Part shown: piece after piece, positions 1 through 12,300 of the stretch | How the letters are laid out: each line of letters begins with the position of its first letter | Position numbering within the stretch: position 1 is the first letter of the stretch | From: a virus | Virus record (IMG/VR): IMGVR_UViG_3300032249_000861 | Coordinates: 46,026 to 110,025 of that record | DNA length: 64,000 nucleotides | Strand: one strand, 5' to 3' | The notes under the pieces: generated by a model | Seen by the model: only the letters and a program-made list of their open reading frames with translations | Database searches by the model: none | What the model was told of the DNA's origin: nothing | Made by a program: the position numbers and the translations under genes

Positions 1-320
1 GGTTTTGGAGCAAAAGGAGCTACTGTACTTCCCAAGCCAAGAGATTTTGAAGTTCCTCAAGGTTTTGATATAACTCAACAGGGTTCTGATAGAAGACAAG
101 TACTAATTCCCAGCCAAGGTAGTACAGCATTTGTTGCAGATAAAACAGAAGACCAGACAGCAAAATATAGACAAGCTGGATATGATGTTAAGAACATAGA
201 ACGAACCGGTGGTATTAGTGGCACAATGGTTAGAGATTTAATTATAGCTGGAGATATGGCTAAACTTCAATCAGTATTGTCTCCTGGCGTATATGATCTT
301 GTCTCGAATAACATAGGAAG
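1..320 (+). other. C-terminal part of a HIGH-class nucleotidyltransferase-like domain (NadM/NadD/CoaD-like) within the giant protein
   Basis: ERTGGISGTMVRDLIIAGD...LQSVLSPGVYDLV resembles the 'ISGT/ISST-x-I/VR...G...LVP..V' tail of NMNAT/PPAT enzymes. The HIGH motif would lie upstream, outside the window. Confidence 0.5.
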
Positions 321-3300
321 AATACAAAATAGAGCTAGTGTTTTACCATCTCTTATAGAACAAGCTCAAAAAGAAGCACAAGCTGAAATGGGTCAGGTGG
401 ATCAACAGATAGAAGCTCTTGGAATCAAGAGAATAGATTCTAAAAAGTTGGAGAGTGACCCAGAATATGCAGCTAAAGTAGAAGTTCTTAAAGAGTTAAG
501 AGCTAAAAAACAAAAGATCAAATCAGCTGCGGGATTCACCCCATATAAATTATTAGATGCTTTAGCCGAAAAAGATCCGCAAAATTATGCATTGGACTTC
601 TCCACATCATCTAACCTGGGTAATGTTCCAGACATGAGGGTCATGGGACAAAACTCACAAGCTTCAATACCAGCTGGTAGAGTTGCTCAATTAGCTCAAG
701 AAAAAAATAAAAGTATTCAAGACGTTATACTAGAACAGCTAGGCGGATTGGGTGGTCCTGCTGGAGTTAAAAAAATACTTGGCATAGGTAGTGGAGATAG
801 AACATTAAGCTCATTATTACAAGCAGGAAATATTAAGGGAGGTAAAGGTCTAGACGAAGCAGCAGACTATGTTAACAGAGCTTTAGCCGCTAGGGGTATA
901 AGAGATGCTGCAGAAGCCAAAAGATTAGAGGAGTATCAAGCTAAGGCTCTTCATTTTGGTATTGCTGGTTTATTGCCAATGGATTACTCAAAAGAATTCG
1001 AATGGGATATTGGCGGTACCGATGTTTACGCTACTGCCAGAGGTTTTGGTAGTACGTATTTGGAAGAAGCAAAACAAATGCAGAAGGAGTCATCAGAACT
1101 AGCTCAAAGATTTGCAGAAAATGTGCAAAATAAAAATATCTTTGGTGGTGGTGAAAAATTGGCTTTTGATTTTGACAAAACATTAGTTGAGGATGCAGAT
1201 ATTCTTGATGCTAAGGGCAAGCCAGATATTGCAAAATATTCAAATAGAGAGGCTGTACAAGAAGCTCTCAAAAGTGCAAGACCAACCAGACTAGCAACTA
1301 AATTAAAATCACTCATAGAGCAAGATCCCCCATTTATTAAGAAAACCAGAATACTAACAGCTAGGCCACAAAGCACAGCAGACCTTCTTGCACAATCATT
1401 ACAAAGCTTTGGTCTTCCCTATGCCGAAACAGATATTACTGGAGTTAGTGGTGGCGTTAGTAGCAATATTCCTGCATTAAAAGCTGCTAATTTACAGAAA
1501 GAAGAGAAACTTATTGATGATAGTTTAGATAATATTATGGCTGTTCGTAAAGCTGGTAAAAAAGGATTTCAATATACTGAACCCAAATCCACAACATCAG
1601 AACTAGACGAAAAAATGGGTCAGGGTAATATCGAGGGTGCTATAATAGAAAAAGCTTTGGCTGTTTTGGGTGCTCCAGTAAGGCCGGATGCTAAACAAAA
1701 TAGAGCCATAGACTATCCAGACGGTTTAGGTAGTGCATCTCAATTCTTTCCTGGTATTGATCCTGGTATTCCAACAGAAGTTAAAAGAACAATTGACGGT
1801 AGTAGTTTAGAGAAAGTTAGAGAAGAGATTGGAAGATACATAACAGGAGGAGCCCAAGCTGTTAAATTAGCTAGAGGTGGAGCCGTTCAAAGCTTTATGG
1901 CCGGTGGAGCAGCAACCAAAACCAGAAAAACAAAAGAGCCTTTCGGAACTGGTGAAACAGAATTTCCAACAAGAATATCAAAAAAATATGCCGAAGAACA
2001 AAAAACTGCTGATGAATTTGCTAAATCTAAATTAGCATGGGATAAGTATCCTAAAGACGAAAGAATAATGGTTGACGATACAAAAGTGCAAGAAGCTTAT
2101 CAGCAACCATTCGATAGAGAAAGATTTGCTTCATCATTCAAAGAAAAAATTAGTCGCGACTCACTATTCCAAAGAATGTCAGATTTTGCTAAGTTTGTAG
2201 GACTTCCAGAAGAAGACCTATCAGTAGCATTACCCCTACAATTAGATTTCGGCGCTAGCAAAAGAGGCGGTGGTCTAGGCATGTTCGCTGCTGCTCAATT
2301 TGAAAAAGGAGCAACCGGAATTAGGCCATATGAAGGCTATGATTTATCTAAATTTGGATATGGAGAAAAACAAAAACAAGAAGCTTATGGATTAGAGAAG
2401 CTTATAACAGCAAAAGAAAAAGAAATAGCAAAGATTAGAAAAACACCAACTGAAACTTATGATGATGGTAGTTTCTCTTTTGATAGTGAAGCATTCCAGA
2501 AAACCAGTATTGAGTTAGATAGCCTTAAAAATAGATTATTTAAACTAAAAGATTTAAAACGTGACGCAGAAAAAGCGGCACTGTCTGAGCAAAATACTAC
2601 TTCATCAGCTGCCGGTCGAGGAACTATCAGCTTTGCTTCTTCTATGGGTTACTCTAGCGATACCAAGAACAGCACCCTATACCACGAAATGACTCATCAG
2701 CTATTTCAAGGACTAAGAACAAAATCAGCAGGGAGTTTTGATAAATATCGAGATAGAGTATCGTCATTATTTTCTGGAGATAATGATGATTTAGCAGACG
2801 CTTTTGACTCCTTAACGGCTGGGGGCGGATATTCTAGTGCTGATGTTGTATATGGTAGAAGCTATAAGTCAAATAACTTAAGTCAAATACTTTCGAGCTA
2901 TTATCGTCAGAATCTTGATTTTTCTAGAAGTGCTGCTACTATTCCCCAAGATACGACAAAAAATCTTGCTAGTTTAAGTACCCAAAGCACAGCCGCCAAA
3001 AGAGCCAGAGAGTATAGACCAATAAATCCTAGAGTTAACGAAGCTTTACTTCAAGCTGGCGATAAGTTTGGAATGACTCAAGAGAAGATTGATAGAATGG
3101 AAGATAATGGTAAAGAAGAGTTCTTAACAACCTTAATGGAAAAAGCCCCTCAGCTTGATCAAAATTTACAAGGAATTTTAGACTCTACTTTAACAGAACT
3201 ATTGAGTGGAGCTGGAATTCAGAGACAAAAATATGCAGCAGGAAGAAAAGTAGATTACGAATCTGGTGTTGGAGTATCACCATTCGGAGGTTCGATATCA

Positions 3301-6300
3301 AAAAGATTAAGCGAGTCAGTTTATAATCTGCAAAAGGGTACCGGACTAAGTGATCCAGAATTCAATGAGATCAAAAAGACAGCAGATACATACGGATATA
3401 ATGAAGAAGAATTTAAAGAATATTTAGCAAAAAGAATACAAGAGAAAAAGAATAAACAGGGACTAAGAGCCAGTCCATCAGCCTTGGCACAGCAGTTGAT
3501 GCAACAAAAAACAGTATCAACACCCAAACAGCTAGCATTAGCAGAAACACTAAAGGGTGAGCCAGATGCTGGTTATAGACCCATACCAACAGCAGCCGAA
3601 AGAATAGCTTCAGATCGAATGGCTGTTCAGAATGCCACAAGAAGATTTGCTAGTGGAGGCACTGTCTCGGCTTTAGTTAGTAACGGCGAAGCTTATGTTC
3701 CGCCAAAAATAGCCAAGAGAATTGGTTATGGTAATCTTAATCGTATGAATCAAGCTGATCGTAACGGGATGAGCAAGTTCTCTAGCGGTGGTATTAGTGT
3801 GTTTAAAGGTCCTGGGACTGGCACTAGTGACAGTATTCCTGCTAATTTACCAGTTGGTAGTTTTATTATTAGAGAAAAGGCTACGAAGGCTTTAGGTCTT
3901 AATAAGGGAGGTGCTGTACCAGCACAAAGATTTGCTACTGGGGGTAGCGTAACAAGCATGATTATGGAATGGTTGTCATCAGACATGACTGCTGGGACTA
4001 AGCCTAAAATGCCTCAAAGACCTGATATTGTTAGTAGGGCTACTGTTACAGCTTCTTCTGATACAACAAAAGAGTTGGATAATCTAGTTAAATCTCTTAA
4101 TGCTGTCGGGTTTAGTGCAAAAGAATCTGCAGACATATTGAATAGGGGCGGGCAGGTTAGTTATAAAACTATAGAAAAAGCTTTGGTTAAAGATATTGAG
4201 AGATTAAAAAAATCTACAGCAGGTATAGATCAAATTACTCAAGCAGAAACAACTTTAGCAAGAATTCGTAATCAGACAAAAAAAGATGTTGGTAGTAAAC
4301 AAAAAATGGAGGAAGCTTTCAGAGGATCAGGAAGATCATCCGGCTCTGTGCAGCAAGAAATTTATTCTACAGCCATGTCTATGGGCGAACAGAATATAGA
4401 AGCAAAAGAAGCTGCGAGAAGAAAGAAAATACCACAAATAGAAAAAAGAGAAAGAAAAAAGCTTATAGAAAGTAAGCGAGAAGATTTTATTGAGAAAGAA
4501 TATAAAAATCAAGTAGCTAAAGAACAAAAAACTAAAGGTAGAAAATTAACAAGTACAGAAAAAGATAAAGTTAGATCTGATGCAGAGCTTAAGGGAAATA
4601 CAAAAACTTTTAAATTAACTACAGAAGAAAAAACCAATGTTAAAGCAACAGCACAAGCCAAAACCACATTATCTGCTGAAGAAAGAACAAAAGAATACAA
4701 TAAAGCAGCGTTAAGGGCGACAACCTCGGTTACAGGAGCAAGTAAATCAGAATTAGCAGCTAAAAACGTTAAAGGTTCTGATATCTTAAGATATGCTCAA
4801 GAGAGTATGAGAGATCGTAAAACCCTAGCCGAAATGGATAAACAGTTTGTGGCTATGGCAATGGATGAGTATAAAAATCGTGGCACTGTAAATGGTATAG
4901 TTGTTAAGAGTGCGGCTGAAGCTAAAAAAGCTGCTGAAGAGGAGATCTCAAAGAGAAGAGAAGCTATTAATGCGAGAGCTTCACAGAATGGAGAAAAAGG
5001 AGTCGGTGCTGCTGGGTTGAGAGACTATAGAAATAGTCCCATACTTAATCAGATAAAGGGATTTATAAAATCTCCTGGAAGAGTAATGGGTGGAGTGTCT
5101 GTTGCTGCTGGGCTAGCTGCTGGCTCTTCCGATATGATTGCTAAAAATATGTATGATATGAGTACAACAGAGGGCCAAGGGAAAGCTGCTAAAACTTCTG
5201 CAGCTATTCAGTCTTCTGGTACTATTCTTAGTACTGGATTAGCAGCAGCATCACAGATGGCAACCATACCAGTTATTGGTCCTTATGTTGCTGCTCTTAC
5301 TGCTGTGGGAACAGCTGCTGCAGCTGCTGCTGATTATTTTTATGATTTTACAGGAGCTCAAAAGGCTGCTACTGTAGAATTCGAAAGATCAGTAAGGGCC
5401 AAAGAAATTGGAATTGCTATGGATGGTTTAGATAGAGCATTCCAAAATTTTGAAAAAGACATGGGTAATATTGATTTACAAAACGCTTTAGAAAAATCCC
5501 TCGGCGGCGCATCCTCTTTGCAAATTAAAGATAATATGGCAGAAAGAGACAATGCTAAAGCAGAGTTCTCTTTAAAGAATAGAAGTTGGTCGGATATTTT
5601 TAGTGGAAACTTCAAAGGTTCCGCCAAGATGGACGCTCTTCAGCAAGGTGCTATGGATAGTGAAATGTCTCAAAAGATAACACCAATAGCAGATAAGGCT
5701 ATGTCGTTATATGAGAAACAAATTAGTAGCGGTAAGAGTATACAAGATATTGTTAATAATGTTCGTACAGGAAATAAAGAGGCTGGAGCTGCTGGTTTTG
5801 CTGTTGCTGCAAGTGTAAATCCCAAGTTGTGGTCAGAGTTAGAAGCCAAGATAGCAAAATCAGGAGATACTTCAGAGCAGAATAGAGAAAAAATTCAAAA
5901 AGAAATAGCTGCTAGAGAATTACTGACCAATGTTCAATTACAGTCAATTGAAAGAATGGCTAAACTAAATAAAGAGATGGATGCTGCTGATAGAGCTGGT
6001 CGCAGATTGGCTGAAACTTTTGAACACATAGGTGAAACTATTGATCAGTCAATTCAGAGAATGCAAAGAGAGTCGCAAATTCGTCAAGCTCAAGCTAACG
6101 ACAGAGTAGAAGCTAGAAGAGGAAATGCTGGTTTTGATGAGAGGGCTGTTAATAACAGAAATGTTGGAGTACTAACCAGTCCAAAAGCATATCAAAATGA
6201 TCCTGGGCGCATAGAAGAAGCTATCAGAGCAGGAACTACCGGCATGTCCCCGGAACTTGCTCAAAAAATGGCTGGTGGAGCTAGATTAGAAGCTACTTTA

Positions 6301-9300
6301 CCTAATGTGATGAGAAATGCAGTATCTTCAGAGCTTAAAACAAATGCCAATTTAGATCTTGCTGAAGCAGCAGATGCCGCCAGGAAAAAAGGAACAGAAG
6401 CTATTCAAAGGTCTGGATTATCAGAAGCTGACCAAAAAGTTGCTATAGATAAATTAAACACAAAATTAAATAGTGAACAAGAAAAAGCACAAAAAGAAGG
6501 AGGAGATAGTCCAAGACAGAAAGTTGACTTTTTTATTGATTCTGTTAGTGAGCTTGGTCCAGAAATAGCTAATATATTTGGTAATGCTGGTAAGAGACTA
6601 GATGATATTATTCAAGCCAGACAAGGAATCTATGATACTTTTGCAAAGAATCTTCAAGCCGCCTCAGAAGCTGCTAAAAAAGCACGAGAATTTTTCAGTA
6701 AAGCAAGAGACATAAGATATAATGCTGGAATGGATTTGAGAGAAGCTCAAACGGGCGTAGGAGAAAGTTATGCTGAAGCAAAAGCTAAATCTGATAGTAG
6801 TATTGCACGATTAACTGGCGGGGTTACCGATCCTCAAGCTATTGGTAGAAATATTGATGCTTTAACGGCTCGTCGTGATCAGCAAATGAAAGCTAGAGAT
6901 GCCGCAGCATCTGATCCAAATCTAACTCCAAAACAACAAGAAGATGCGGCCATAAAATTTGCTAAAGATATTCAAGCTACTAATAATGCTTTAAACGATA
7001 ATAGAGAAGCACTAGATAAGCTAGCTAATAGTGCTGAAGTAGCACAAAAAGCTTTAGACGAAGTTAAGAACATTAGAGGACTACAACAAGATAGAGAGAA
7101 CTTTGTTAATCAATTACTAACAAATACTCCAGCAGAAGCAGACAAACTTAATCAATCATTTATTAGACTTCAGCGTAACTTGTCTGGTGGGTTAAATAAT
7201 GCTTCTAATCAAAGAGATGCCCGAAATGCTTTTAATGATACGTTACGTCGTACAGGTAATCTAAGAGAAGCTACTCGCGCTGGAAATACTGTATTAGCAG
7301 ATCAAAGAAAACAAACCCTACAGCTGATGCAAGATCCTGGATTTAGGGGTATGATGACCCTTAATATGAAAAATCAGGGAATGAATGATCAACAGATAGA
7401 TAAGAAATTCAGAGATCAAGAGAGTATGCTGATGCAGCAGATGGCTGTTGAAAGTGGAATGATCAATAATCCAATGGTCAGACAAGCACTAGCCGCAAAA
7501 CAAGATCCTAATGCTGATCCTGCCATGAAACGTGCTGCTGAACAATTTTTACAGTCAACGGGCTTACAGGCAAAAGCTACTGAGGAGCAAGGTCGATTAG
7601 AATTAGCTAATGTGCAAAGCTTATTAATAACATCTACTGATGATTTAAGAACGTCTATAGATGCTTTAACAACAAGTATTAATGCTTCGTTAGGTCCAGA
7701 CGGAGAAAGAGTTCCTGGCGCTGTTGGGCCTATGGTGCCTGTTCCAGCCGGGGCCAGAGGAGCAGGTCCTATTGGACGTCCTATTAGACGAGCTACTGGT
7801 GGTAAAGTCAATACTCAATATGCTAGTACTGGTAAATTAATAGACTTTTCTCCCAAGGGTACCGACACTGTTCCCGCCATGTTAACCCCCGGTGAATTTG
7901 TTGTTAATGCCAAAGCAACGGCAGACAATTACCCACTGCTAAAAGCTATTAATAATGGAACTAATCTAGTTGGTAATACGGCTATGATGAGTAAGGGTGG
8001 AGTTGTTTATTTAGATAATGGCGGATTAATAGATGAGTTTAGAAGAATAGATTCTAATAGTTCCAACTTTTTAGAAGTTGGTGAAATAGATCTTAAAATG
8101 ATGCAATTATTAGATACAGATAAAGATAATAAAGTTTCATTTAGAGAATATTCTGCAAGAGCAAAGAGCGGTGGTAGTGGATCTTCAAGATCTGGTCAAA
8201 GATCACCAGTTAATAGTAGTTTTAAAGCCGACAATCTAAGCTTTAAAGCGTATTCTAATGCTAGAGAAGAAAAATACTCAAAAAGATACGAAGGCACCAG
8301 AGATCGATTCCCTAGAGAAACAGAGAAATTTTCTAGTGGGGGCTTAGTTACTCCATACTATTTACAGGACGGAACAGAAAAACCACTATCTAAAAGACCC
8401 TTTATGGTAAAGATGGAGAAACCAGAAGACCCTCTTGAGGCTGCTGAACGCCGTCGTGCCCGTGCTCTTAAAGCGTCCCATCCAGAGATTACTAGAGTCA
8501 GACAACCATCTTTGGTTCCTGGGGATCCTAGAGCATTAAGACACAAAGAAAGCTTCTATAGACTAGATGTTAATAGTGATGGTGTTCTAGATGCAAAAGA
8601 AGGCAGACCACATCCTGAACTTGATAGAGATTTAGATCGAAGAATAACACTAGAAGAATGGGACGGAATCGATCCTGGTGAATTTGACCCAGATGATTCA
8701 AGCCATGTTCTGCGAGACAGTAAAGGCAATCCTTTAACTCCTGGACTTATGGGAAGCCCATTTGAAAAAAGGCATCGTTCTTTAATGGCTTCTGTTGCTA
8801 TGGATGAAGAAAAACTTGCTAAGGGTGAACCTTTAGTGGACTCTAATGGAAAACCCATAGACTTAGCAAGTAAAAGGAAAGAACTAGCCATATTTAATGC
8901 TCAGTCTGGTCTATATAATACTAGTCAATCACTTATAGCAAGACAAAAAAATATTGACGATAGTCTAACCAAACGATTAACTGGTGGCGGTTCTCTTCGT
9001 AATCCTGATAGTTCTTATGCTGTTACGAGAGAATTTAATAAGATTCGTGATCGGAGATCTGCTTTTGAAGAAGAAAGAAGAGGTCAAAGAGCCAAAGATG
9101 AGAACGCAACAGATGAAGAGATATTTGATCGCACAGTAGAAGCCTATGGGCAGGGAGATTCAGATTATTGGCGTAGTATGGGCGTTACTGAAGCACCAAA
9201 CTCTTATGATGAATCTAATACTCTGAATTTTATTCGCTCAGGTGATCGTCTTGCAAGCAGAGGAGATCCTTATGGAGACAAGGCCAGAGCATATATAGAC

Positions 9301-12300
9301 GGATATATCGCATCACAAGGTGCTAGACAACAGCAGGACAGAGTAGATATTGGCATGGGAAGACCTACCATATCTCCGGACAAAGCTGTAGTAGGTACTC
9401 AAGGTCCAGTAGACGATCTTAATTATTTGATAGACCGAAATGAAGTAGGTAGAGCGGTAAAGTATAAAGCAGAACAAGCAAAGACTGAGGAAGAGAATAA
9501 GCAGAGAGATGATGCTCAGGTAAAACAAGCAGAAAAACAAGCAAGCTTAGAAAAAAGAGATAAAGAACTAGGCATAGACACTAGCGGCATTAATCGAGAT
9601 ATATATGAGAGTGGTGGGGGTTTTTCAAATCAGCCAGGAAGTGGCAGAAAAGTTACAGTAGAAGAACAAACACAAAGAAAAAGAGAAAGGGCTATAGCAG
9701 ATAGATTTTCGTTCACAGATAAAACAGGAAAATACTCTACTGCTGGTACTATTGATAAGGTTGATTTTGAAAAAGGTACAGTTAAAATAGCTAAGATGGA
9801 TCCGAAAACTGGGGAGCCTATTACCAGAACGGTTCCGGTTTTTGCTGGTGGTGAAACAGAAGAAGCGATTAAGGCTTCTGGTAGAGATCCCAGAAGATTC
9901 AAGGTTGGGGAGAAAGAAGAACAAGTATACACTACTGTACCACTAGATAAGCTTAGTGATAAATCTAGAGATAAAGTTAGATCTTATGGCTTAGAGAAAG
10001 AAGCAGACAAAGCTAAGACTGGTGAAAATTTTACAGTTGGCACTAGTTTTGAAGATTATAAAGGTAAAATATTTAGAGTAGATGAAAAATCTGAAAAAGT
10101 TATTGTTCAAAAGGAAGATGGCAAACTAGTTAGTGTTCCTATGGGAATAATAGATCCCGAAACAAAAAATATAGCACTAGATCAAGCCAAGACAGCTACT
10201 ACAGTTACTGATTTAACACAGAAACAGATGGATGCAGATATCGGTAATATTGATTTCACTTCATCATTACCAGAACCTCAGGTTCCATTAATTGAGGACT
10301 TTACTGATAGAGCAAATGAAGTTCGTCAAGAGACTATGAACAATGCTGCTTTAGAACAGACAAAGATGGATCAGTTACCGGTGATGTCTGAACCAGTACC
10401 AACTTCAGGTACTATTGATCCTCTTACTGGCAAAGTTGTTGGGAATAATGTTTCTATGGACTTGAATCCAGACGGAACTCGCACTCCAGAACAATTAAAC
10501 ATATTAAACCAACAAGCTACCAGAGATGCAGACAGACGTAATTCTAACGCAAGATACGAGGAGCTTAGAGCTCGATCAAAAGCAGAGTCTTCATATGACA
10601 GATCATGGTTTGGAGAAAACTGGCCCAAAGAATGGGGAGGAGTATCAAAGCCCGAAAAAAGATTAACAAGAAAAGAATTAGAAGAACTTGGGGCTATGGA
10701 AAGTGAAAGAGGTGTTCCTGCATTATCAAGATTAGGAGCCAACACAAGAGTAGAACAAACAAGGAGAAATGCTGGGTTAGACGAAGCACAAATTGAAAGT
10801 TTGAGTCAACAAAAAACAGAACAGTTTAAAGCTGAACTTGAGAAAAAAAATGACGCAGAAGGTGGGGTGGCTGTTGGACTAGCTGCTCAAAGAGCAGTAG
10901 TTCCATTATTAGCTGGTGCTACCGCTGTTGCTGCTGCGCCTGCTTTAGTTCCAGCAGGAGTAATTGGTGCTGGACTTACCATTGCTGGCGGTGTTGGTTT
11001 TAGTTTGGGTGCTAATAAACTACAAGATGTGGCATTAGAAGGTACAGATTTTGACAAGAGGCAAAAAGAATTGGCAGAAAAAAGGCCAGGAGCAACTGCT
11101 GTTGGGTCTTTATTACCAGGATTATTAACGGGCAATCCACTGACTGGTGCAACTACTCTGCGACAAGCACTAGCAACAAGAGCTGCTAGCGGAGCTACTG
11201 AAGCAGCACTAGGGGCGGGCATCAGAGGAGCAACTAGTGGTGGAGATTTCGGTACCGTACAAGATGTTGGAATGGACTTTATCTCTGGAGCTATTCTTCC
11301 GTCTCCTAATTTTGGAGGTAAGGGATCAAAAAACTATAATATTCCAGAAGGTCCAGCAAAACCCAAAACAGAAGCAGTCGCTTTAAAAGAACTTGCTAAA
11401 ACAGTTAAGGCTGAACAACGAGCAATCACAGAAGAAAATGTTCTTGATGGTGCTGAAATATTAGCAACAAAAAGAAAACAAGAAGAAGTTAGAAGAGCAG
11501 CACAAGAAAAACAAAGAGTCAGAGATGAAGCAGAAGCAGTGAAAGAATCAGGAAGAGAAAAGGCTGTTTTTGATGTTTTCACTATTGGAGGAAGATTAAG
11601 TGATGATAATATAGCCAGTGCCCTAAAGTCAGCCAAGGAAAAAACTGTAACAGGAACCAAGTTACTAACCGGCAAAGTTACCGGCAAGCCTAGGGGAGAT
11701 TTAATAGAGCAGAATCCTACACTAGCTAGTAGACTAGGGGTGTCAACTCCAGGATTAGATGCTGTCAAGAATGGACAAAATATAACAGCAAAAGATTTAG
11801 TTGCAAAACTAAAAGATGAAGGTTTTAGTGAAGAATATGCTAAGAAGGTCTCAAGAGAGCGTACTCTTAAGATGGTATCAGATCTTGCTACCGAACGATC
11901 AAAAAGAAAAGATGAATCAATACAACAAGTGGCTTCTGAATATAAAGACGCTGTAACTGGTGTTGAAGATCCTAATAAGCGAGCCAAAATTAAGGCTAAA
12001 TTTCAAACCAGACTGCAAAAAGAACTATCGTCTATAGTATCTGACACTAACGACAGAGCAGAAGCATTTGATTCTGGTATGACGGTTCAAGAACTTAAAA
12101 AACAAAGAGCAGCAGAAGCTCAAGCCAAAGATAAAGCAGAGTCTGATAAATTAATACAAGAGTTTGATTCTACTCTAGGATCAAGTAAGCCAATAACTAT
12201 TGATAATCCGCCCATCGGAGAACCTCTCGATCTAGGAGTAGACCCACTCGCACCAATAACGTCTGCCAGGGATAATGCCGCTACTACGGCAGCTAGTACA

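Noticed and set aside
226-228. ATG 226 as the start of the giant gene
   Set aside because: The frame is open from base 1 and this Met lies inside the ISGTMVRD motif, so the true start is upstream of the window.
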